The translations under genes and the position numbers were made by a program. Source: an uncultured Thermococci archaeon (GTDB lineage: Archaea > CAYQAE01 > CAYVLA01). Taken from it: 64,000 bases of DNA. The notes beneath the pieces are model-generated. The model made no database searches. It was given only the letters and a program-made list of their open reading frames with translations, and was not told where the DNA came from. The stretch lies in contig CAZJVP010000020.1 of the NCBI GenBank assembly GCA_964549615.1, positions 160,001 through 224,000 on the forward strand, written 5' to 3'. Of the stretch, positions 38,780 through 47,139 are shown piece by piece; within the stretch, counting starts at the first letter, position 1, and each line of letters opens with the position of its first letter.

Positions 38780-39595
38780 TTGTCCGCAAGGGGAGCGAAG
38801 ATCGTAGTCAAGGATCTGATGAAGGTCTACAAGACCGGGAAGTTGGAGGTCATCGCCCTGAGGGGCGTGAACATGGAGGTCCGTGACGGGGAGGTCCTAG
38901 CCGTGATGGGCCCATCTGGCTGCGGAAAGACGACCCTTTTGAACCTGATTGGCGGGCTCGACAGGCCCACGGCAGGCAGCATATGGGTGGACGGCACCCT
39001 CATCTCCGATCTGAGCGAGGACGAGCTCGTTCAGTACCGACGCGAGAAGGTCGGATTCGTCTTCCAGTTCTTCAACCTTGTCTCGTCCCTCACGGCCGAG
39101 GAGAACGTTGAGCTGCCAATGAGAACCGCCGGCAAACCGGCCCAATACCGAGACAGGAGGGTGAAAGAGCTACTGGAGGCGGTCGGGATGTCCGGGCGCA
39201 AGGACCACAAACCGGACGAACTCTCCGGCGGCGAGCAGCAGAGGGTGGCGATAGCGTGCGCGTTGGCGAACGACCCACCGATACTATTGGCGGACGAACC
39301 CACGGGCGAGCTGGACACCAAGACGGGATCGGAGATACTGGACCTATTCAAGACGCTGAAGGAGCAGTACGGAAAGACCGAGATCATCGTGACTCACGAC
39401 AGGCGTGTCGGCAGAATTGCTGATCGCGCCCTCAGGATCGAGGATGGATTGATAGTGGGTGAGGAGAGGCTCGATGCCTTGGCCTACAGGGGGAGGGAGG
39501 AGCTCGAGATGGAAAATGCCCGACTGCGCGAGCGTCTGGAATCGCTTTCCCGGATCCTCGGCAAAGCGGCTGAGGAATTAGGGAAAGGCCGCTAG
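38780..39595 (+). CDS. ABC transporter ATP-binding protein (LolD/MacB-like)
   Basis: GPSGCGKT, LSGGEQQRV, LADEPTGELD, VTHD. Confidence 0.96.
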   Translation: MSARGAKIVVKDLMKVYKTGKLEVIALRGVNMEVRDGEVLAVMGPSGCGKTTLLNLIGGLDRPTAGSIWVDGTLISDLSEDELVQYRREKVGFVFQFFNLVSSLTAEENVELPMRTAGKPAQYRDRRVKELLEAVGMSGRKDHKPDELSGGEQQRVAIACALANDPPILLADEPTGELDTKTGSEILDLFKTLKEQYGKTEIIVTHDRRVGRIADRALRIEDGLIVGEERLDALAYRGREELEMENARLRERLESLSRILGKAAEELGKGR

Positions 39596-39604
39596 ACCAT
39601 CCCC

Positions 39605-41263
39605 TTATTCCCAATCGTCTAGAACCGACGCACTGGCAACCGTCCTGACCAGCTCCGCCCCTTGGGGCAGGCCTCGGGGCCTGTAGTAAAGATCGTCCAT
39701 TCTCCTGATGAGCTCCTGGACGGAGGCAGACTTGACGAGAACGCGGATGCATCCCCCGAACCCTGCCCCGGTCAGTCCCGCGCCCAAGACGCCGGGGACC
39801 GATCTCGCTATCTCGACCATCTCGTCCAACTCGGGCGAGCTGCACCCGAAGCCGCCGGGCTGCAGGTGGAGAGCCGAGGCCGCGACCCTTTCTGGGTTCC
39901 CGCTCGCTGCATCGGCGATCAGCTTGTCCAGAAGCGCGTCTGACACCTCGTTGTTCCACCTGACCCACGCCCTCTTGGACGAATCGTAGCAGATCACCCT
40001 ATCCCCGTCGTGTTCCCGGTACATCAGCCTGCCGAGCTCTTCCATGTCGCCCGATCTGAGGATCTGCGGAAAGATTCTTCCGCGCTCGCACTCGGCTACA
40101 CCGAACATGGCGACGGCCCTGATCCGATAGCCCTCCTTGGGCTCCCCATGCGTGCGAAAGATCCGTTCCAGCTCGTCGCGGCTGTCTCGCAGTCTGTCCT
40201 TGATCTGCTGACGGGACGCTCGTTCGGGCAGGGCACGGAGGATGCGATAGATATCAGGAAGACTCAGCCGGATGGGATTTATGTCCCTCAGATGCTTGGT
40301 TCCCTCGACCAGGCTAGCCGGCAGGCCGAGGTCGCGCATCGCCTGCTTGGCAAGCATCAGAACCATGCTGTACGCCGCTATGGTCTGGTTGTAGGCATCC
40401 AGGACCGCCCCCGCCTTGTGCGCCTTCTTCATCGAGTCGCATATGACTATCGAGTACCCGTCCGGAATCGGAAGATACTCCTCAACCTGGAAGGGGAAGA
40501 ACCTGAGGTGGCAGATGGTCCCACGCCTGCAGAATAGCATTGCAGCGTGATCGCCCGCCCCGCCCCGGGTGCCTACGTACCATTCTGCCTCCCCACACAG
40601 GACCGCCAGCTCAGCACGATCCAACTTCAGCTGGTTCAAGGCCAAGGTCGCCAGCGCCGAGGAGACCACCATCGCGGAGGACGAGCTCAGGCCCGACGAC
40701 CTTGGTATGTTGCCGAAGAACATCAAGTCCATCCCGCACAATGCGGTATCCTTGAACCGGGCCTGCAACCTCAATACCGCCGCCTTCACATAGTTCGACC
40801 AGTCTCCCCGCGACTGCGACACCCTCTTGGCAACGCCCGGGGACTCTATGAACCGAACCCAATCCGACTCGTCCCCCTCGGAGAGCTCTTCAGCGATGGA
40901 AAACCTTCTCTCCGGGAAATCCCCGGACCTAACATCGCTCATGCGCACAAGGTCGCCCTCTGATCGGGCTCCGGCAAGCAGTATCTCCCTCGCATGCGTG
41001 ACGTAGTTCACACAGCCCCCCCTGTGCTCGACGTGCATCCCCATCAGGTTCACGCGGCACGGACATCTCACGAGGACGACCTGCCTGTCCCCTCCGTATC
41101 TTGCGGCGAAAGACCTAAGCAGGCTTGACATCGCGGCCTTCCTCTCAGCGACGAGCGTGAGATCGCCTCCGTAGATCTCTCGGAGAAGCCGATCCTTCTG
41201 GCCGCTCTCAAGAACCTTGATCCATTCGAATACAGGGCTCATGGCCCCTCTATCCATGCTCAT
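39605..41263 (-). CDS. GHMP-family sugar kinase, galactokinase-like
   Basis: PCRVNLMG.H, WSNYV, IPRSSGLSSSSA (ATP loop), GLTGAGFGGC. Confidence 0.88.
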   Translation of the reverse strand: MSMDRGAMSPVFEWIKVLESGQKDRLLREIYGGDLTLVAERKAAMSSLLRSFAARYGGDRQVVLVRCPCRVNLMGMHVEHRGGCVNYVTHAREILLAGARSEGDLVRMSDVRSGDFPERRFSIAEELSEGDESDWVRFIESPGVAKRVSQSRGDWSNYVKAAVLRLQARFKDTALCGMDLMFFGNIPRSSGLSSSSAMVVSSALATLALNQLKLDRAELAVLCGEAEWYVGTRGGAGDHAAMLFCRRGTICHLRFFPFQVEEYLPIPDGYSIVICDSMKKAHKAGAVLDAYNQTIAAYSMVLMLAKQAMRDLGLPASLVEGTKHLRDINPIRLSLPDIYRILRALPERASRQQIKDRLRDSRDELERIFRTHGEPKEGYRIRAVAMFGVAECERGRIFPQILRSGDMEELGRLMYREHDGDRVICYDSSKRAWVRWNNEVSDALLDKLIADAASGNPERVAASALHLQPGGFGCSSPELDEMVEIARSVPGVLGAGLTGAGFGGCIRVLVKSASVQELIRRMDDLYYRPRGLPQGAELVRTVASASVLDDWE

Positions 41264-41427
41264 GCACCGACCGTCCGGATCCAGACGCTAGGGCGCCAGA
41301 CGACGTCAGGCTTGACGCCCTTCGTATATATCTCCTACGCGGTTCGTGCCGGCACCGTGAGGCACGTATCTAGCTAGCCTTGGTCGTGGAAGATTTAAGA
41401 GATGCTAGCTTCGGATCGTCGCCTGAG

Positions 41428-42381
41428 ATGCCAGCCATCAGCATCAACCGGCTTTCCATGAGGACCGTCCAGACCCTCATCGACTCCCCCGAGATGTTCA
41501 ATGTCCAGATCACAAGACTATCGGACGGGTCGACCGTCATAGACGCCGGGATCGAAGCGGAGGGAGGCTACGAAGCCGGAAGGCTTGTGAGCGAGATCTG
41601 CATGGGGGGACTGGGTTCGGTTCAATTTTCCTTCACTGGGCCGATTGCCATCGAGTGCCCCTGGGTGGTCGTCTTCACCGATCATCCTCTCCTGTCCTGC
41701 ATGCTGTCGCAGATGGCCGGATGGTCGATCCGGACGAAGGGCTTCAGGGCGATGGGATCGGGGCCAGCAAGGGCTCTGGCCCAGGCGGAGGAGATCTACA
41801 GGCAATACCCCTACACAGACGGTCACTCCGAGGCCGTCATAGTCCTGGAGACATCCACCAAACCAGGGGAAACCGCCTCCGCTTGGATATCCGAGAGGTG
41901 CGGAGTAAGTCCCAAGAACCTCTACATGGTTGGGGCGCGAACCGCCAGCCTTGCGGGAACGGTGCAGGTATGCGCCCGAGTGGTCGAGACGGGAATGCAC
42001 AAGATGCACACCCTCGGAATCGATCTCGCGGGCATCCTAGCTGGACGGGGGACATGCCCGGTCCCACCCATCCTCCGGGACGACCTTGTCATGATGGGCC
42101 GGACCAACGATGCGATCCTTTACGGCGGCCGGGCAGACTACATCTTCGCTGACGCCTCCCGGTCACTTGCGCACCTGCAGTCCCTGCCGTCCTCGTCATC
42201 CTCTGACTACGGCAGACCTTTCGTCGAACTGCTCAAAGCTGCAGGATCAGATTTCTACAAGATCGATCCAGCGCTGTTCAGCCCGGCCGTCATGGGCATG
42301 GAGAACATGAAGTCTGGAAAATGCCTAAGCGCCGGAAGAATGGACATCGAGGTCCTCAAGAGGTCCTTCGGGCTGCCCTAG
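41428..42381 (+). CDS. mch: Methenyltetrahydromethanopterin cyclohydrolase
   Basis: EICMGGL, SQMAGW, MGSGPARAL, TASLAGTVQVCARVVE, MGRTNDAILYGG, FYKIDPALFSPA. Confidence 0.94.
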   Translation: MPAISINRLSMRTVQTLIDSPEMFNVQITRLSDGSTVIDAGIEAEGGYEAGRLVSEICMGGLGSVQFSFTGPIAIECPWVVVFTDHPLLSCMLSQMAGWSIRTKGFRAMGSGPARALAQAEEIYRQYPYTDGHSEAVIVLETSTKPGETASAWISERCGVSPKNLYMVGARTASLAGTVQVCARVVETGMHKMHTLGIDLAGILAGRGTCPVPPILRDDLVMMGRTNDAILYGGRADYIFADASRSLAHLQSLPSSSSSDYGRPFVELLKAAGSDFYKIDPALFSPAVMGMENMKSGKCLSAGRMDIEVLKRSFGLP

Positions 42382-44018
42382 CCCAATGCCTTCTCAAGTC
42401 GGTCTGCCACCGTATCAGGTCCGAGTGCACAAACCAAAGGGCCCATTCTGGGTCCGTGGTCGGTGCCCAGCAGCAGCCTGTAAAGGATCTGGAAGAGCCT
42501 GGAAGGGCTCACCCCATGAAGCTCGGCTGCGGAGAACACCGACGACTGGATCGCATCAGGACCGGGACTGGTCTTGATGACGCGAGCTAGGTGGCGAAGG
42601 CTCGCCTTCTCCGGGTCGGTCAGCTTGGCAATGAATGCCCTGTCGGGCTCGCCGGCCGGCCGCAGGGCGAGCTCGGGCACGAACATGCGAACCCAGTTCC
42701 GGGCGTAGATCAACCTCTGCCTGATCTGCTCAACAGCCCTCTTCGAAGGACGGCCCTTGATCAGCTCGGTCCTCCGCAGTGCCTTGATCGCCTCTGACAT
42801 GGACTCCTCTGGATCGTAGACTTGGGCGATGAGCGAAGCGAGGGTCAGGTCGATGGTCGCCGGCCTCTCTTTCGGGGGACTTCGGAGCTGGGAGATGCGG
42901 TAAAGCCTGATCATGTGCGACCTCTCTCTTTCGTTCGAGGCATCGGCCTTGCCGTAGTAGACGTCCGCGTGTCCGTCGTAGTCGGCATAGAGCCTCGGCA
43001 ACTCCCGCCAGGAGAAGCTCCTGGTCTTCATCAGCTTCTTGTTGTACAGGAACCTGAGAAGCTCAGCCGGCGCGACCTTCAACCAGTCCGCCGGGTAAAC
43101 GACGTTGCCCAAGGATGCGCTCATCTTCCTGCCGTCTATCAGAAGATGCTCGTAGAAGAAAGGCGTCGGCATGGGGTAGTCAAAGATGCGCTCAGCTATC
43201 TCCCCGTTCACCCACCATGCACTCGTCGGAACCTCATACTCCTTTCCCCCGCCCTCGCAGCTCACCTTCCAAAGCGCCCATTCGCTCGCCCACTCCCCTT
43301 TCCAGAGGATCTTGCCCTTGTCGCGCAACGCATCCGCCCACCCCACGTAGCCGCATCCTTTGGCAACCGTCTTCTCGAACTGGTAGTCGCGGCATTCGTA
43401 CCTGATCCGCGAGCCGTCGATCTCCAAGACCTGAGGCGTTATCACCTTGCCGCACTCGGCACAGATGGGCTTCCATGGCGTCCACCCCGAAGAGAGGCTC
43501 GAATCCCTGTATTTCTCGAGGATCTCCCTGACCCGATCCCGATTGTCAAGGAGCTTCTTGATGTACCTGCGGAAGCTACCCCTGTCGTATTCCTGCGTGG
43601 TCGAATACCGACGGGCCTTGTTGACCACGAAGTCCTCCATCACTTCGAGGTACTCCGCCCGGTGGTGTTCCGCGTAGGAATCGTGACAGCCGGAGGGATC
43701 TGGAACCTCCGTCACCGGCTTTCCCAGGTACTCCTCGTATTCCTTGGGGACGCCTTCGGGGATGCTCCTAAGGGGATCCATATCCTCGCCGACCCAGATC
43801 ATGCGGGCCTTGGCACCGGCGTCGCGAAGCGCGGTCACGATGGAGTCCGCCCGGATGGTATCGCTCAACCGGCCTATGTGCAGGACGCCCGAAAGGGATG
43901 CCGAGGTCTTCACGACGAAGCATGTCCTCTTGGGAACGGGCTTGTCGACGAAGTGGTACTTCTTCCTCTCGCAGATCTCCCTTGCCTTCTGGTCGGCCCA
44001 GAACAGAGGCTCCGTCAT
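42378..44018 (-). CDS. lysS: Lysine--tRNA ligase, class I
   Basis: FWAD, SGVLHIG (HIGH-like), CAECG, KMSASLGN, GPRMG. Confidence 0.95.
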   Translation of the reverse strand: MTEPLFWADQKAREICERKKYHFVDKPVPKRTCFVVKTSASLSGVLHIGRLSDTIRADSIVTALRDAGAKARMIWVGEDMDPLRSIPEGVPKEYEEYLGKPVTEVPDPSGCHDSYAEHHRAEYLEVMEDFVVNKARRYSTTQEYDRGSFRRYIKKLLDNRDRVREILEKYRDSSLSSGWTPWKPICAECGKVITPQVLEIDGSRIRYECRDYQFEKTVAKGCGYVGWADALRDKGKILWKGEWASEWALWKVSCEGGGKEYEVPTSAWWVNGEIAERIFDYPMPTPFFYEHLLIDGRKMSASLGNVVYPADWLKVAPAELLRFLYNKKLMKTRSFSWRELPRLYADYDGHADVYYGKADASNERERSHMIRLYRISQLRSPPKERPATIDLTLASLIAQVYDPEESMSEAIKALRRTELIKGRPSKRAVEQIRQRLIYARNWVRMFVPELALRPAGEPDRAFIAKLTDPEKASLRHLARVIKTSPGPDAIQSSVFSAAELHGVSPSRLFQILYRLLLGTDHGPRMGPLVCALGPDTVADRLEKALG

Positions 44019-44053
44019 GGATACACCGGAAAAATGAGCCGCGGATTCTAAAA

Positions 44054-44247
44054 TGCCGTTCGCCCCGGCCACGCCGGTGGAGCGGGCTTCGAACCCGCGA
44101 CTTCCGTCTCTTCCGAGACTCCGGATGTCCCAGGGACATGGCCGGAGAACCTACGCTGGGTCCCGTGCCCTTAGGTCACCTATGAGTCCGGCGCGCTCTC
44201 CGGTCGGGCCCCCTCGCGGGCCCGATCACCAGCTGCGCCACCCCGGC
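44054..44247 (-). tRNA. Elongator tRNA-Met(CAT) with four predicted introns (~44198-44226, 44127-44180, ~44102-44118, 44059-44078)
   Basis: Minus strand after removing the inserts: GCCGGGG TG GCGC AGCTGGTGA GCGC G CCGGA CTCATAA TCCGG AGGTC GCGGG TTCGAAG CCCGC TCCCGGC A. All four stems pair; TTTT follows; TATA-like element upstream. Met(e) rather than Ile2 is inferred from resemblance to archaeal elongator Met sequences. Confidence 0.9.
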
Positions 44248-44279
44248 AGTAGATTCGTTCCCAGAATCCTGAAAATGCC

Positions 44280-44291
44280 ATATAAATATAT
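44280..44291. promoter_or_regulatory. TATA element for tRNA-Met (-) and the divergent radical SAM gene (+)
   Basis: ATATAAATATAT, ~35-45 nt upstream of the tRNA 5' end and ~30-40 nt upstream of GTG 44322. Confidence 0.65.
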
Positions 44292-44321
44292 CCGCCCTTA
44301 GGCCGGCCCCCGAGGTTCTGG

Positions 44322-45872
44322 GTGGGATCGCTTCTAAACGAGGTCGGCGGGTTCAGGAAGAGGAAGGCGCGGCTGAGGATCGCCCTCGTCTATCCCAACG
44401 CCTACGAGGTCGGCATGGCAAGCCTTGGCCTTCACACGGTCTACTCGCTGCTCAACAGCTACGAGGACGTCGCGTGCGAAAGGCTGTTCCTAGGAATGAC
44501 GACCACTATCGAGTCGGGCTCCCCCCTCTCGGCCTTCGATGTCGTAGGTTTCTCGCTCCAGTACGAGCTCGACTTCCTCAACATGGTCAGCATCCTGACT
44601 GCCTGCGGAATAGAGCCCCTCCGAAAAAGGCGCAGGAAGCCGACCCTGATCGCGGGCGGTCCCTGCTGCGTGAATCCGATCCCGCTCACTAGGATCGTCG
44701 ACCTCTTCGTGGTCGGAGACCTCGAGCCTGTGGCGGATCATCTGGTCGACGGCCTTCTTGCCAATAGGTCGCCGGCCGAGATCGCATCTCCGCACGGACT
44801 GTTCTCAAGCGAGCTGATGAATCGGTGCAAGGCGGCCAGGGCCATGGATCTGGATTCGATTCCAGCTCCGACGAACCAACCCCATCCAACGGCAGGCGGG
44901 TTCCGCCCGGCCCTAGGATCGACGTTCATGGTCGAGATCTCAAGGGGCTGCAACGTCCGGTGCAGGTTCTGCATGTACTCGCACTGCACTCAACCTAAGA
45001 GGGAGCGGTCGCTTAGGAGGATCCGTGAGATAGTGGACGAGGGGCTCGACGTGACCGGGCTGAAGAAGGTCTCGCTCGTCGGGGCACTCGTGACCGACCA
45101 CTCCGAGATCAAGGACATACTGGCCTATCTTGTCGATAAGGGCGTGTCGGTTTCCCTTCCGTCCATTCGGACGGACGAGGTGGACGACGAGATGCTTCAG
45201 CTCATTGCCCAACTCGGCGTCAGGACCATCACGGTGGCGCCCGAGGGCAGCCCGCACGTAAGGTCGATCCTCAAGAAGGACCTCGATGAGGATGCCTTGA
45301 GATACGTGACGGAAAGCGCGGCGGAGCATGGAGTCAGGAGGATAAGACTCTACTTCATAACCGGCGTGCCGGGCGAGACGAGGCAGGACCTAGAGTACGT
45401 GGTTGAGCTCTGCACCGGGTTGTCCAGGCGCTACAGGGGCAAAGGAGCCGTCACGGCCAGCGTGAATCCGCTCGTGCCGAAACCCCACACTCCCGCCCAG
45501 TTTCTCGCGATGGCCGATCCCAAGAGGATAGAGGAAAACTACAGATTCCTGAGAAAGGCCTTGCAACCGCGCGGGGTTGACCTCAAGCTGCAAAGCATGA
45601 AGGAGTCCGTCATTCAGACCTATCTCGCGCTGGGGCGGGAAGAAACTGGAGGAGTTCTCCTCAAAGCATCCCAGAGCGCCGCGGGACTCGCAGCGTGGAG
45701 GAGGATCGCTGAATCCGAAGGCGACCCACTGTCGAGGGTCTTCGAGGGCGTAGCCGCCACGCCCTGGGACGTGATCGACTCAGGCCTTCCGCGGAGCTAC
45801 CTTCGGAGACAGCACCGCGAGATGATCGCCGCACGCAATGCAACCGCTACCGCCTCAGGAAACCATTATTAG
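44322..45872 (+). CDS. Radical SAM protein with B12-binding-like N-terminal domain
   Basis: YPNAYEVGMASLG, FSLQYELD, AGGP, EISRGCNVRCRFC (CxxxCxxC), LYFITGVPGET, PKPHTP. Confidence 0.92.
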   Translation: MGSLLNEVGGFRKRKARLRIALVYPNAYEVGMASLGLHTVYSLLNSYEDVACERLFLGMTTTIESGSPLSAFDVVGFSLQYELDFLNMVSILTACGIEPLRKRRRKPTLIAGGPCCVNPIPLTRIVDLFVVGDLEPVADHLVDGLLANRSPAEIASPHGLFSSELMNRCKAARAMDLDSIPAPTNQPHPTAGGFRPALGSTFMVEISRGCNVRCRFCMYSHCTQPKRERSLRRIREIVDEGLDVTGLKKVSLVGALVTDHSEIKDILAYLVDKGVSVSLPSIRTDEVDDEMLQLIAQLGVRTITVAPEGSPHVRSILKKDLDEDALRYVTESAAEHGVRRIRLYFITGVPGETRQDLEYVVELCTGLSRRYRGKGAVTASVNPLVPKPHTPAQFLAMADPKRIEENYRFLRKALQPRGVDLKLQSMKESVIQTYLALGREETGGVLLKASQSAAGLAAWRRIAESEGDPLSRVFEGVAATPWDVIDSGLPRSYLRRQHREMIAARNATATASGNHY

Positions 45873-45906
45873 GGCTTGCCCGGTACGCCGCCGATGGAGA
45901 GCCGCA

Positions 45907-46596
45907 GTGTTCTGCCCTCGGTGTCGCGATAGGATCTCTGAGAACTGGAGCTTCTGCCCTCGCTGCGGGGCCCGCCTTCCATCCTCGGGAGCTCCCAGCG
46001 AAGACGTCCACTACTCGCCGCTGGCCGACCTCTTCAAGGACATAGAGAGACAGATGAGGGAGGTTCTCGGCCCGAACCTCTCGAAGGACATCGAATTCTT
46101 CGAACTGAGGCCCGACTTCATGAAGAGGAATCCCATCCTCAGGCCTGGGCAAGGATTCAGGATAAAGATCACCCGGGCAGGGGACGGGCCGCCGACGATC
46201 GACATCAAGGCCTTCGGCGATATCGACGAGAGGATCGCCGAGAAGATGAGGGAGAGCCTAAAGCCCCAGTCAAGCGAGTCCGCCCCTGAGGCTGAGACAC
46301 GGAAGGAGGAAGAGAGCCTCGCCATGGAGAGCAGCGAGGCAGCTGCCCGGGACGTCTCAGGATACGAGGAACCCCGGTGTACAACGAAGTGGACCGGCGA
46401 TCACCTCCTCGTCGACCTGGACCTCCCCGGCGTCACCAAGAGCGACGATGTGGAGGTAAGGAAGCTGGGGGAGAGCATCGAGGTCAGGGCCTTCGCGGGC
46501 GGCAAGGGATACTTCAAGATTCTGGGGATCCCGGCGGATGCGCAGCTTGTAAGCCGACGGTTCAGAAAGGGCAGGCTGTCGCTCAAGATAGGGTAG
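45907..46596 (+). CDS. Zinc-ribbon protein with C-terminal Hsp20/alpha-crystallin-like domain
   Basis: CPRC..ISENWSFCPRCG; C-terminal EEP...VDLDLPGV...SIEVRA...YFK...RFRKGRLSL. Confidence 0.8.
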   Translation: MFCPRCRDRISENWSFCPRCGARLPSSGAPSEDVHYSPLADLFKDIERQMREVLGPNLSKDIEFFELRPDFMKRNPILRPGQGFRIKITRAGDGPPTIDIKAFGDIDERIAEKMRESLKPQSSESAPEAETRKEEESLAMESSEAAARDVSGYEEPRCTTKWTGDHLLVDLDLPGVTKSDDVEVRKLGESIEVRAFAGGKGYFKILGIPADAQLVSRRFRKGRLSLKIG

Positions 46597-46742
46597 GCAT
46601 TTTTCGACCAAGAGCAGGAAGGTCCCCGTGCACCGCCGGTCGGGTCCGAACCGTGCAAGGAAGACCGTTAACTTTGCGCGCGCGCAGGAAGCCGATGTCC
46701 GACCTCGAAACACTTAAGAGTTCTAGACGGGCTTCGAGGTAT

Positions 46743-46817
46743 AGCGAGGTGGGGCAGCCAGGAGTGCCCGACGGGCTCATAACCCGTAGGTCAGTGGTTC
46801 AAATCCACTCCTCGCTA
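46743..46817 (+). tRNA. Initiator tRNA-Met(CAT), intronless
   Basis: AGCGAGG...CCTCGCT A with A1-U72; anticodon arm ACGGG CTCATAA CCCGT with three G-C pairs; T-arm AGTGG TTCAAAT CCACT; CTTAAG ~25-30 nt upstream. Confidence 0.97.
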
Positions 46818-47139
46818 CTCCTTTCAAGGCGTCCGTCGGTTTTGGGCGTCTGCTGGTGAGGCAGCCGCGCGCTGCGTCCTACGAGGGCATCTTTATTGTC
46901 ATACAGAGTGGTTCGGCCCCTGTCCAGCACTCTCAGTGCCCTGTTCGCCTCAATCGCAGTGAGGCGCGGGTTCAAAGACAGCTACGACGTCAAAGGTTGG
47001 TCGAAAGATCCCTCGGTCTTCGAACCCTACCTCGAAGTCGAAGTCGGGGGAAAGGTTTATCAGAGCAGCGCCTACCCGCAAAGGGGTACTGAGCCAGAGG
47101 GCTCTTCCTCGGGCGGGATGCTCGTTCGGGTGGGATTCG

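Noticed and set aside
44127-44180. C/D-box guide RNA inside the 54-nt anticodon intron, as in some tRNA-Trp introns
   Set aside because: No RUGAUGA or CUGA boxes in the intron.
44053-44301. 82-aa ORF and other short ORFs over the tRNA locus
   Set aside because: The region is fully explained by the intron-containing tRNA on the minus strand.
46600-46742. GC-rich spacer before tRNA-iMet as a structured ncRNA
   Set aside because: No extended stem or known motif; explained adequately as terminator plus promoter.
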